NCBI GenBank assembly: GCA_964057225.1
Contig: OZ059900.1
Location: 21,762,001-21,826,000, forward strand
Length of the DNA: 64,000 nt
DNA from: Auanema rhodensis
Taxonomy: Eukaryota > Animalia > Nematoda
Direction of reading: 5' to 3'
Shown: positions 43,801-57,600 of the stretch, piece after piece
Position numbering within the stretch: position 1 is the first letter of the stretch
Layout: every line of letters begins with the position of its first letter
Notes under the pieces: model-generated
Told to the model about the DNA's origin: nothing
Database searches by the model: none
What the model saw: the letters and a program-made list of their open reading frames with translations, nothing else
Position numbers and translations under genes: made by a program

Positions 43801-46800
43801 GCATGTAAAATGCTTCATTTTAGTATGTAACACGCTGAAATTCGTTGCATTTGACGACTCATATGAACAAAAATCGATTTAATCAATATTAGCCATAAAG
43901 GGCGTGCCCTCAGAATATGCTAATTTCCTTAATTTTCTAACCCCTGTTTTTTTGTCGTGAAAGTGGAACTAGACGTTGTACGAACAATTTTGAGCTAGGT
44001 TTCATTGACATTGCATGAGTTTGAACACATGAAATCGTAAGTCAAAACCTTGTTTACAGCGAAATTTCCAAAAACTGGTTTTCCAGCATAATAAAATATT
44101 TCTCATGGGAAATACTATGTTTTTGTATTTTTCTAGTGTTCAGCATACAAAATGCTTCATTTTAGTATGTAACACGCTGAAATTCGTTGCATTTGACGAC
44201 TCATATGAACAAAAATCGATTTAATCAATATTAGCCATAAGGGGCGTGCCCTCAGAATATGCTAATTTCCTTAATTTTCTAACCCCTGTTTTTTTGTCGT
44301 GAAAGTGGAACTAGACGTTGTAGGAACAATTTTGAGCTAGGTTTCATTGACATTGCATGAGTTTGAACACATGAAATCGTAAGTCAAAACCTTGTTTACA
44401 GCGAAATTTCCAAAAACTGGTTTTCCAGCATAATAAAATATTTCTCATGGGTAATACTGTGTTTTTGTATTTTTCTAGCGTTCAGCATGTAAAATGCTTC
44501 ATTTTAGTATGTAACACGCTGAAATTCGTTGCATTTGACGACTCATATGAACAAAAATCGATTTAATCAATATTAGCCATAAAGGGCGTGCTCTCAGAAT
44601 ATGCTAATTTCCTTAATTTTCTAACCCCTGTTTTTTTGTCGTGAAAGTGGAACTAGACGTTGTACGAACAATTTTGAGCTAGGTTTCATTGACATTGCAT
44701 GAGTTTGAACACATGAAATCGTAAGTCAAAACCTTGTTTACAGCGAAATTTCCAAAAACTGGTTTTCCAGCATAATAAAATATTTCTCATGGGAAATACT
44801 GTGTTTTTGTATTTTTCTAGTGTTCAGCATGTAAAATGCTTCATTTTAGTATGTAACACGCTGAAATTCGTTGCATTTGACGACTCATATGAACAAAAAT
44901 CGATTTAATCAATATTAGCCATAAGGGGCGTGCCCTCAGAATATGCTAATTTCCTTAATTTTCTAACCCCTGTTTTTTTGTCGTGAAAGTGGAACTAGAC
45001 GTTGTACGAACAATTTTGAGCTAGGTTTCATTGACATTGCATGAGTTTGAACACATGAAATCGTAAGTCAAAACCTTGTTTACAGCGAAATTTCCAAAAA
45101 CTGGTTTTCCAGCATAATAAAATATTTCTCATGGGAAATACTGTGTTTTTGTATTTTTCTAGTGTTCAGCATGTAAAATGCTTCATTTTAGTATGTAACA
45201 CGCTGAAATTCGTTGCATTTGACGACTCATATGAACAAAAATCGATTTAATCAATATTAGCCATAAGGGGCGTGCCCTCAGAATATGCTAATTTCCTTAA
45301 TTTTCTAACCCCTGTTTTTTTGTCGTGAAAGTGGAACTAGACGTTGTACGAACAATTTTGAGCTAGGTTTCATTGACATTGCATGAGTTTGAACACATGA
45401 AATCGTAAGTCAAAACCTTGTTTACAGCGAAATTTCCAAAAACTGGTTTTCCAGCATAATAAAATATTTCTCATGGGTATTACTGTGTTTTTGTATTTTT
45501 CTAGTGTTCAGCATGTAAAATGCTTCATTTTAGTATGTAACACGCTGAAATTCGTTGCATTTGACGACTCATATGAACAAAAATCGATTTAATCAATATT
45601 AGCCATAAGGGGCGTGCCCTCAGAATATGCTAATTTCCTTAATTTTCTAACCCCTGTTTTTTTGTCGTGAAAGTGGAACTAGACGTTGTACGAACAATTT
45701 TGAGCTAGGTTTCATTGACATTGCATGAGTTTGAACACATGAAATCGTAAGTCAAAACCTTGTTTACAGCGAAATTTCCAAAAACTGGTTTTCCAGCATA
45801 ATAAAATATTTCTCATGGGAAATACTGTGTTTTTGTATTTTTCTAGTGTTCAGCATGTGAAATGCTTCATTTTAGTATGTAACACGCTGAAATTCGTTGC
45901 ATTTGACGACTCATATGAACAAAAATCGATTTAATCAATATTAGCCATAAAGGGCGTGCCCTCAGAATATGCTAATTTCCTTAATTTTCTAACCCCTGTT
46001 TTTTTGTCGTGAAAGTGGAACTAGACGTTGTAGGAACAATTTTGAGCTAGGTTTCATTGACATTGCATGAGTTTGAACACATGAAATCGTAAGTCAAAAC
46101 CTTGTTTACAGCGAAATTTCCAAAAACTGGTTTTCCAGCATAATAAAATATTTCTCATGGGAAATACTGTGTTTTTGTATTTTTCTAGTGTTCAGCATGT
46201 AAAATGCTTCATTTTAGTATGTAACACGCTGAAATTCGTTGCATTTGACGACTCATATGAACAAAAATCGATTTAATCAATATTAGCCATAAGGGGCGTG
46301 CCCTCAGAATATGCTAATTTCCTTAATTTTCTAACCCCTGTTTTTTTGTCGTGAAAGTGGAACTAGACGTTGTAGGAACAATTTTGAGCTAGGTTTCATT
46401 GACATTGCATGAGTTTGAACACATGAAATCGTAAGTCAAAACCTTGTTTACAGCGAAATTTCCAAAAACTGGTTTTCCAGCATAATAAAATATTTCTCAT
46501 GGGAAATACTGTGTTTTTGTATTTTTCTAGTGTTCAGCATGTAAAATGCTTCATTTTAGTATGTAACACGCTGAAATTCGTTGCATTTGACGACTCATAT
46601 GAACAAAAATCGATTTAATCAATATTAGCCATAAGGGGCGTGCCCTCAGAATATGCTAATTTCCTTAATTTTCTAACCCCTGTTTTTTTGTCGTGAAAGT
46701 GGAACTAGACGTTGTAGGAACAATTTTGAGCTAGGTTTCATTGACATTGCATGAGTTTGAACACATGAAATCGTAAGTCAAAACCTTGTTTACAGCGAAA

Positions 46801-49800
46801 TTTTCAAAAACTGGTTTTCCAGCATAATAAAATATTTCTCATGGGAAATACTGTGTTTTTGTATTTTTCTAGTGTTCAGCATGTAAAATGCTTCATTTTA
46901 GTATATAACACGCTGAAATTCGTTGCATTTGACGACTCATATGAACAAAAATCGATTTAATCAATATTAGCCATAAAGGGCGTGCCCTCAGAATATGCTA
47001 ATTTCCTTAATTTTCTAACCCCTGTTTTTTTGTCGTGAAAGTGGAACTAGACGTTGTAGGAACAATTTTGAGCTAGGTTTCATTGACATTGCATGAGTTT
47101 GAACACATGAAATCGTAAGTCAAAACCTTGTTTACAGCGAAATTTCCAAAAACTGGTTTTCCAGCATAATAAAATATTTCTCATGGGAAATACTGTGTTT
47201 TTGTATTTTTCTAGCGTTCAGCATGTAAAATGCTTCATTTTAGTATGTAACACGCTGAAATTCGTTGCATTTGACGACTCATATGAACAAAAATCGATTT
47301 AATCAATATTAGCCATAAAGGGCGTGCCCTCAGAATATGCTAATTTCCTTAATTTTCTAACCCCTGTTTTTTTGTCGTGAAAGTGGAACTAGACGTTGTA
47401 CGAACAATTTTGAGCTAGGTTTCATTGACATTGCATGAGTTTGAACACATGAAATCGTAAGTCAAAACCTTGTTTACAGCGAAATTTCCAAAAACTGGTT
47501 TTCCAGCATAATAAAATATTTCTCATGGGAAATACTGTGTTTTTGTATTTTTCTAGTGTTCAGCATGTAAAATGCTTCATTTTAGTATGTAACACGCTGA
47601 AATTCGTTGCATTTGACGACTCATATGAACAAAAATCGATTTAATCAATATTAGCCATAAGGGGCGTGCCCTCAGAATATGCTAATTTCCTTAATTTTCT
47701 AACCCCTGTTTTTTTGTCGTGAAAGTGGAACTAGACGTTGTACGAACAATTTTGAGCTAGGTTTCATTGACATTGCATGAGTTTGAACACATGAAATCGT
47801 AAGTCAAAACCTTGTTTACAGCGAAATTTCCAAAAACTGGTTTTCCAGCATAATAAAATATTTCTCATGGGAAATACTGTGTTTTTGTATTTTTCTAGTG
47901 TTCAGCATGTAAAATGCTTCATTTTAGTATGTAACACGCTGAAATTCGTTGCATTTGACGACTCATATAAACAAAAATCGATTTAATCAATATTAGCCAT
48001 AAGGGGCGTGCCCTCAGAATATGCTAATTTCCTTAATTTTCTAACCCCTGTTTTTTTGTCGTGAAAGTGGAACTAGACGTTGTACGAACAATTTTGAGCT
48101 AGGTTTCATTGACATTGCATGAGTTTGAACACATGAAATCGTAAGTCAAAACCTTGTTTACAGCGAAATTTCCAAAAACTGGTTTTCCAGCATAATAAAA
48201 TATTTCTCATGGGAAATACTGTGTTTTTGTATTTTTCTAGTGTTCAGCATGTAAAATGCTTCATTTTAGTATGTAACACGCTGAAATTCGTTGCATTTGA
48301 CGACTCATATGAACAAAAATCGATTTAATCAATATTAGCCATAAGGGGCGTGCCCTCAGAATATGCTAATTTCCTTAATTTTCTAACCCCTGTTTTTTTG
48401 TCGTGAAAGTGGAACTAGACGTTGTACGAACAATTTTGAGCTGGGTTTCATTGACATTGCATGAGTTTGAACACATGAAATCGTAAGTCAAAACCTTGTT
48501 TACAGCGAAATTTCCAAAAACTGGTTTTCCAGCATAATAAAATATTTCTCATGGGAAATACTGTGTTTTTGTATTTTTCTAGTGTTCAGCATGTAAAATG
48601 CTTCATTTTAGTAAGTAACACGCTGAAATTCGTTGCATTTGACGACTCATATGAACAAAAATCGATTTAATCAATATTAGCCATAAGGGGCGTGCCCTCA
48701 GAATATGCTAATTTCCTTAATTTTCTAACCCCTGTTTTTTTGTCGTGAAAGTGGAACTAGACGTTGTACGAACAATTTTGAGCTAGGTTTCATTGACATT
48801 GCATGAGTTTGAACACATGAAATCGTAAGTCAAAACCTTGTTTACAGCGAAATTTCCAAAAACTGGTTTTCCAGCATAATAAAATATTTCTCATGGGAAA
48901 TACTGTGTTTTTGTATTTTTCTAGTGTTCAGCATGTAAAATGCTTCATTTTAGTATGTAACACGCTGAAATTCGTTGCATTTGACGACTCATATGAACAA
49001 AAATCGATTTAATCAATATTAGCCATAAGGGGCGTGCCCTCAGAATATGCTAATTTCCTTAATTTTCTAACCCCTGTTTTTTTGTCGTGAAAGTGGAACT
49101 AGACGTTGTACGAACAATTTTGAGCTGGGTTTCATTGACATTGCATGAGTTTGAACACATGAAATCGTAAGTCAAAACCTTGTTTACAGCGAAATTTCCA
49201 AAAACTGGTTTTCCAGCATAATAAAATATTTCTCATGGGAAATACTGTGTTTTTGTATTTTTATAGTGTTCAGCATGTAAAATGCTTCATTTTAGTATGT
49301 AACACGCTGAAATTCGTTGCATTTGACGACTCATATGAACAAAAATCGATTTAATCAATATTAGCCATAAGGGGCGTGCCCTCAGAATATGCTAATTTCC
49401 TTAATTTTCTAACCCCTGTTTTTTAGTCGTGAAAGTGGAACTAGACGTTGTACGAACAATTTTGAGCTAGGTTTCATTGACATTGCATGAGTTTGAACAC
49501 ATGAAATCGTAAGTCAAAACCTTGTTTACAGCGAAATTTCCAAAAACTGGTTTTCCAGCATAATAAAATATTTCTCATGGGAAATACTGTGTTTTTGTAT
49601 TTTTCTAGTGTTCAGCATGTAAAATGCTTCATTTTAGTATGTAACACGCTGAAATTCGTTGCATTTGACGACTCATATGAACAAAAATCGATTTAATCAA
49701 TATTAGCCATAAAGGGCGTGCCCTCAGAATATGCTAATTTCCTTAATTTTCTAACCCCTGTTTTTTTGTCGTGAAAGTGGAACTAGACATTGTATTAACA

Positions 49801-51650
49801 ATTTTGAGCTAGGTTTCATTGACATTGCATGAGTTTGAACACATGAAATCGTAAGTCAAAACCTTGTTTACAGCGAAATTTCCAAAAACTGGTTTTCCAG
49901 CATAATAAAATATTTCTCATGGGAAATACTGTGTTTTTGTATTTTTCTAGTGTTCAGCATGTAAAATGCTTCATTTTAGTATGTAACACGCTGAAATTCG
50001 TTGCATTTGACGACTCATATGAACAAAAATCGATTTAATCAATATTAGCCATAAGGGGCGTGCCCTCAGAATATGCTAATTTCCTTAATTTTCTAACCCC
50101 TGTTTTTTTGTCGTGAAAGTGGAACTAGACGTTGTACGAACAATTTTGAGCTGGGTTTCATTGACATTGCATGAGTTTGAACACATGAAATCGTAAGTCA
50201 AAACCTTGTTTACAGCGAAATTTCCAAAAACTGGTTTTCCAGCATAATAAAATATTTCTCATGGGAAATACTGTGTTTTTGTATTTTTCTAGTGTTCAGC
50301 ATGTAAAATGCTTCATTTTAGTATGTAACACGCTGAAATTCGTTGCATTTGACGACTCATATGAACAAAAATCGATTTAATCAATATTAGCCATAAGGGG
50401 CGTGCCCTCAGAATATGCTAATTTCCTTAATTTTCTAACCCCTGTTTTTTAGTCGTGAAAGTGGAACTAGACGTTGTACGAACAATTTTGAGCTAGGTTT
50501 CATTGACATTGCATGAGTTTGAACACATGAAATCGTAAGTCAAAACCTTGTTTACAGCGAAATTTCCAAAAACTGGTTTTCCAGCATAATAAAATATTTC
50601 TCATGGGAAATACTGTGTTTTTGTATTTTTCTAGTGTTCAGCATGTAAAATGCTTCATTTTAGTATGTAACACGCTGAAATTCGTTGCATTTGACGACTC
50701 ATATGAACAAAAATCGATTTAATCAATATTAGCCATAAAGGGCGTGCCCTCAGAATATGCTAATTTCCTTAATTTTCTAACCCCTGTTTTTTTGTCGTGA
50801 AAGTGGAACTAGACATTGTATTAACAATTTTGAGCTAGGTTTCATTGACATTGCATGAGTTTGAACACATGAAATCGTAAGTCAAAACCTTGTTTACAGC
50901 GAAATTTCCAAAAACTGGTTTTCCAGCATAATAAAATATTTCTCATGGGTATTACTGTGTTTTTGTATTTTTCTAGTGTTCAGCATGTAAAATGCTTCAT
51001 TTTAGTATGTAACACGCTGAAATTCGTTGCATTTGACGACTCATATGAACAAAAATCGATTTAATCAATATTAGCCATAAGGGGGCGTGCCCTCAGAATA
51101 TGCTAATTTCCTTAATTTTCTAACCCCTGTTTTTTTGTCGTGAAAGTGGAACTAGACGTTGTACGAACAATTTTGAGCTAGGTTTCATTGACATTGCATG
51201 AGTTTGAACACATGAAATCGTAAGTCAAAACCTTGTTTACAGCGAAATTTCCAAAAACTGGTTTTCCAGCATAATAAAATATTTCTCATGGGAAATACTG
51301 TGTTTTTGTATTTTTCTAGTGTTCAGCATGTAAAATGCTTCATTTTAGTATGTAACACGCTGAAATTCGTTGCATTTGACGACTCATATGAACAAAAATC
51401 GATTTAATCAATATTAGCCATAAGGGGCGTGCCCTCAGAATATGCTAATTTCCTTAATTTTCTAACCCCTGTTTTTTTGTCGTGAAAGTGGAACCAGACG
51501 TTGTACGAACAATTTTGAGCTAGGTGTTCATTGACATTGCATGAGTTTGAACACATGAAATCGTAAGTCAAAACCTTGTTTACAGCGAAATTTCCAAAAA
51601 CTGGTTTTCCAGCATAATAAAATATTTCTCATGGGAAATACTGTGTTTTT

Positions 51651-54600
51651 GTATTTTTCTAGTGTTCAGCATGTGAAATGCTTCATTTTAGTATGTAACA
51701 CGCTGAAATTCGTTGCATTTGACGACTCATATGAACAAAAATCGATTTAATCAATATTAGCCATAAAGGGCGTGCCCTCAGAATATGCTAATTTCCTTAA
51801 TTTTCTAACCCCTGTTTTTTTGTCGTGAAAGTGGAACTAGACGTTGTAGGAACAATTTTGAGCTAGGTTTCATTGACATTGCATGAGTTTGAACACATGA
51901 AATCGTAAGTCAAAACCTTGTTTACAGCGAAATTTCCAAAAACTGGTTTTCCAGCATAATAAAATATTTCTCATGGGAAATACTATGTTTTTGTATTTTT
52001 CTAGTGTTCAGCATGTAAAATGCTTCATTTTAGTATGTAACACGCTGAAATTCGTTGCATTTGACGACTCATATGAACAAAAATCGATTTAATCAATATT
52101 AGCCATAAAGGGCGTGCTCTCAGAATATGCTAATTTCCTTAATTTTCTAACCCCTGTTTTTTTGTCGTGAAAGTGGAACTAGACGTTGTAGGAACAATTT
52201 TGAGCTAGGTTTCATTGACATTGCATGAGTTTGAACACATGAAATCGTAAGTCAAAACCTTGTTTACAGCGAAATTTCCAAAAACTGGTTTTCCAGCATA
52301 ATAAAATATTTCTCATGGGAAATACTGTGTTTTTGTATTTTTCTAGCGTTCAGCATGTAAAATGCTTCATTTTAGTATGTGACACGCTGAAATTCGTTGC
52401 ATTTGACGACTCATATGAACAAAAATCGATTTAATCAATATTAGCCATAAGGGGCGTGCCCTCAGAATATGCTAATTTCCTTAATTTTCTAACCCCTGTT
52501 TTTTTGTCGTGAAAGTGGAACTAGACGTTGTACGAACAATTTTGAGCTAGGTTTCATTGACATTGCATGAGTTTGAACACATGAAATCGTAAGTCAAAAC
52601 CTTGTTTACAGCGAAATTTCCAAAAACTGGTTTTCCAGCATAATAAAATATTTCTCATGGGAAATACTGTGTTTTTGTATTTTTCTAGTGTTCAGCATGT
52701 AAAATGCTTCATTTTAGTATGTAACACGCTGAAATTCGTTGCATTTGACGACTCATATGAACAAAAATCGATTTAATCAATATTAGCCATAAGGGGCGTG
52801 CCCTCAGAATATGCTAATTTCCTTAATTTTCTAACCCCTGTTTTTTTGTCGTGAAAGTGGAACTAGACGTTGTAGGAACAATTTTGAGCTAGGTTTCATT
52901 GACATTGCATGAGTTTGAACACATGAAATCGTAAGTCAAAACCTTGTTTACAGCGAAATTTCCAAAAACTGGTTTTCCAGCATAATAAAATATTTCTCAT
53001 GGGAAATACTGTGTTTTTGTATTTTTCTAGCGTTCAGCATGTAAAATGCTTCATTTTAGTATGTAACACGCTGAAATTCGTTGCATTTGACGACTCATAT
53101 GAACAAAAATCGATTTAATCAATATTAGCCATAAAGGGCGTGCCCTCAGAATATGCTAATTTCCTTAATTTTCTAACCCCTGTTTTTTTGTCGTGAAAGT
53201 GGAACTAGACGTTGTAGGAACAATTTTGAGCTAGGTTTCATTGACATTGCATGAGTTTGAACACATGAAATCGTAAGTCAAAACCTTGTTTACAGCGAAA
53301 TTTCCAAAAACTGGTTTTCCAGCATAATAAAATATTTCTCATGGGTAATACTGTGTTTTTGTATTTTTCTAGCGTTCAGCATGTAAAATGCTTCATTTTA
53401 GTATGTAACATGCTGAAATTCGTTGCATTTGACGACTCATATGAACAAAAATCGATTTAATCAATATTAGCCATAAAGGGCGTGCTCTCAGAATATGCTA
53501 AATTCCTTAATTTTCTAACCCCTGTTTTTTTGTCGTGAAAGTGGAACTAGACGTTGTACGAACAATTTTGAGCTAGGTTTCATTGACATTGCATGAGTTT
53601 GAACACATGAAATCGTAAGTCAAAACCTTGTTTACAGCGAAATTTCCAAAAACTGGTTTTCCAGCATAATAAAATATTTCTCATGGGAAATACTGTGTTT
53701 TTGTATTTTTCTAGCGTTCAGCATGTAAAATGCTTCATTTTAGTATGTGACACGCTGAAATTCGTTGCATTTGACGACTCATATGAACAAAAATCGATTT
53801 AATCAATATTAGCCATAAGGGGCGTGCCCTCAGAATATGCTAATTTCCTTAATTTTCTAACCCCTGTTTTTTTGTCGTGAAAGTGGAACTAGACGTTGTA
53901 CGAACAATTTTGAGCTAGGTTTCATTGACATTGCATGAGTTTGAACACATGAAATCGTAAGTCAAAACCTTGTTTACAGCGAAATTTCCAAAAACTGGTT
54001 TTCCAGCATAATAAAATATTTCTCATGGGAAATACTGTGTTTTTGTATTTTTCTAGTGTTCAGCATGTAAAATGCTTCATTTTAGTATGTAACACGCTGA
54101 AATTCGTTGCATTTGACGACTCATATGAACAAAAATCGATTTAATCAATATTAGCCATAAGGGGCGTGCCCTCAGAATATGCTAATTTCCTTAATTTTCT
54201 AACCCCTGTTTTTTTGTCGTGAAAGTGGAACTAGACGTTGTAGGAACAATTTTGAGCTAGGTTTCATTGACATTGCATGAGTTTGAACACATGAAATCGT
54301 AAGTCAAAACCTTGTTTACAGCGAAATTTCCAAAAACTGGTTTTCCAGCATAATAAAATATTTCTCATGGGTAATACTGTGTTTTTGTATTTTTCTAGCG
54401 TTCAGCATGTAAAATGCTTCATTTTAGTATGTAACACGCTGAAATTCGTTGCATTTGACGACTCATATGAACAAAAATCGATTTAATCAATATTAGCCAT
54501 AAAGGGCGTGCCCTCAGAATATGCTAATTTCCTTAATTTTCTAACCCCTGTTTTTTTGTCGTGAAAGTGGAACTAGACGTTGTACGAACAATTTTGAGCT

Positions 54601-57600
54601 AGGTTTCATTGACATTGCATGAGTTTGAACACATGAAATCGTAAGTCAAAACCTTGTTTACAGCGAAATTTCCAAAAACTGGTTTTCCAGCATAATAAAA
54701 TATTTCTCATGGGAAATACTGTGTTTTTGTATTTTTCTAGTGTTCAGCATGTAAAATGCTTTATTTTAGTATGTAACACGCTGAAATTCGTTGCATTTGA
54801 CGACTCATATGAACAAAAATCGATTTAATCAATATTAGCCATAAGGGGCGTGCCCTCAGAATATGCTAATTTCCTTAATTTTCTAACCCCTGTTTTTTTG
54901 TCGTGAAAGTGGAACTAGACGTTGTACGAACAATTTTGAGCTAGGTTTCATTGACATTGCATGAGTTTGAACACATGAAATCGTAAGTCAAAACCTTGTT
55001 TACAGCGAAATTTCCAAAAACTGGTTTTCCAGCATAATAAAATATTTCTCATGGGAAATACTATGTTTTTGTATTTTTCTAGTGTTCAGCATACAAAATG
55101 CTTCATTTTAGTATGTAACACGCTGAAATTCGTTGCATTTGACGACTCATATGAACAAAAATCGATTTAATCAATATTAGCCATAAGGGGCGTGCCCTCA
55201 GAATATGCTAATTTCCTTAATTTTCTAACCCCTGTTTTTTTGTCGTGAAAGTGGAACTAGACGTTGTAGGAACAATTTTGAGCTAGGTTTCATTGACATT
55301 GCATGAGTTTGAACACATGAAATCGTAAGTCAAAACCTTGTTTACAGCGAAATTTCCAAAAACTGGTTTTCCAGCATAATAAAATATTTCTCATGGGTAA
55401 TACTGTGTTTTTGTATTTTTCTAGCGTTCAGCATGTAAAATGCTTCATTTTAGTATGTAACACGCTGAAATTCGTTGCATTTGACGACTCATATGAACAA
55501 AAATCGATTTAATCAATATTAGCCATAAAGGGCGTGCTCTCAGAATATGCTAATTTCCTTAATTTTCTAACCCCTGTTTTTTTGTCGTGAAAGTGGAACT
55601 AGACGTTGTACGAACAATTTTGAGCTAGGTTTCATTGACATTGCATGAGTTTGAACACATGAAATCGTAAGTCAAAACCTTGTTTACAGCGAAATTTCCA
55701 AAAACTGGTTTTCCAGCATAATAAAATATTTCTCATGGGAAATACTGTGTTTTTGTATTTTTCTAGTGTTCAGCATGTAAAATGCTTCATTTTAGTATGT
55801 AACACGCTGAAATTCGTTGCATTTGACGACTCATATGAACAAAAATCGATTTAATCAATATTAGCCATAAGGGGCGTGCCCTCAGAATATGCTAATTTCC
55901 TTAATTTTCTAACCCCTGTTTTTTTGTCGTGAAAGTGGAACTAGACGTTGTACGAACAATTTTGAGCTAGGTTTCATTGACATTGCATGAGTTTGAACAC
56001 ATGAAATCGTAAGTCAAAACCTTGTTTACAGCGAAATTTCCAAAAACTGGTTTTCCAGCATAATAAAATATTTCTCATGGGTAATACTGTGTTTTTGTAT
56101 TTTTCTAGCGTTCAGCATGTAAAATGCTTCATTTTAGTATGTAACACGCTGAAATTCGTTGCATTTGACGACTCATATGAACAAAAATCGATTTAATCAA
56201 TATTAGCCATAAAGGGCGTGCTCTCAGAATATGCTAATTTCCTTAATTTTCTAACCCCTGTTTTTTTGTCGTGAAAGTGGAACTAGACGTTGTACGAACA
56301 ATTTTGAGCTAGGTTTCATTGACATTGCATGAGTTTGAACACATGAAATCGTAAGTCAAAACCTTGTTTACAGCGAAATTTCCAAAAACTGGTTTTCCAG
56401 CATAATAAAATATTTCTCATGGGAAATACTGTGTTTTTGTATTTTTCTAGTGTTCAGCATGTAAAATGCTTCATTTTAGTATGTAACACGCTGAAATTCG
56501 TTGCATTTGACGACTCATATGAACAAAAATCGATTTAATCAATATTAGCCATGAGGGGCGTGCCCTCAGAATATGCTAATTTCCTTAATTTTCTAACCCC
56601 TGTTTTTTTGTCGTGAAAGTGGAACTAGACGTTGTACGAACAATTTTGAGCTAGGTTTCATTGACATTGCATGAGTTTGAACACATGAAATCGTAAGTCA
56701 AAACCTTGTTTACAGCGAAATTTCCAAAAACTGGTTTTCCAGCATAATAAAATATTTCTCATGGGTATTACTGTGTTTTTGTATTTTTCTAGTGTTCAGC
56801 ATGTAAAATGCTTAATTTTAGTATGTAACACGCTGAAATTCGTTGCATTTGACGACTCATATGAACAAAAATCGATTTAATCAATATTAGCCATAAGGGG
56901 CGTGCCCTCAGAATATGCTAATTACCTTAATTTTCTAACCCCTGTTTTTTTGTCGTGAAAGTGGAACCAGACGTTGTACGAACAATTTTGAGCTAGGTGT
57001 TCATTGACATTGCATGAGTTTGAACACATGAAATCGTAAGTCAAAACCTTGTTTACAGCGAAATTTCCAAAAACTGGTTTTCCAGCATAATAAAATATTT
57101 CTCATGGGAAATACTGTGTTTTTGTATTTTTCTAGTGTTCAGCATGTGAAATGCTTCATTTTAGTATGTAACACGCTGAAATTCGTTGCATTTGACGACT
57201 CATATGAACAAAAATCGATTTAATCAATATTAGCCATAAAGGGCGTGCCCTCAGAATATGCTAATTTCCTTAATTTTCTAACCCCTGTTTTTTTGTCGTG
57301 AAAGTGGAACTAGACGTTGTAGGAACAATTTTGAGCTAGGTTTCATTGACATTGCATGAGTTTGAACACATGAAATCGTAAGTCAAAACCTTGTTTACAG
57401 CGAAATTTCCAAAAACTGGTTTTCCAGCATAATAAAATATTTCTCATGGGAAATACTATGTTTTTGTATTTTTCTAGTGTTCAGCATGTAAAATGCTTCA
57501 TTTTAGTATGTAACACGCTGAAATTCGTTGCATTTGACGACTCATATGAACAAAAATCGATTTAATCAATATTAGCCATAAAGGGCGTGCTCTCAGAATA

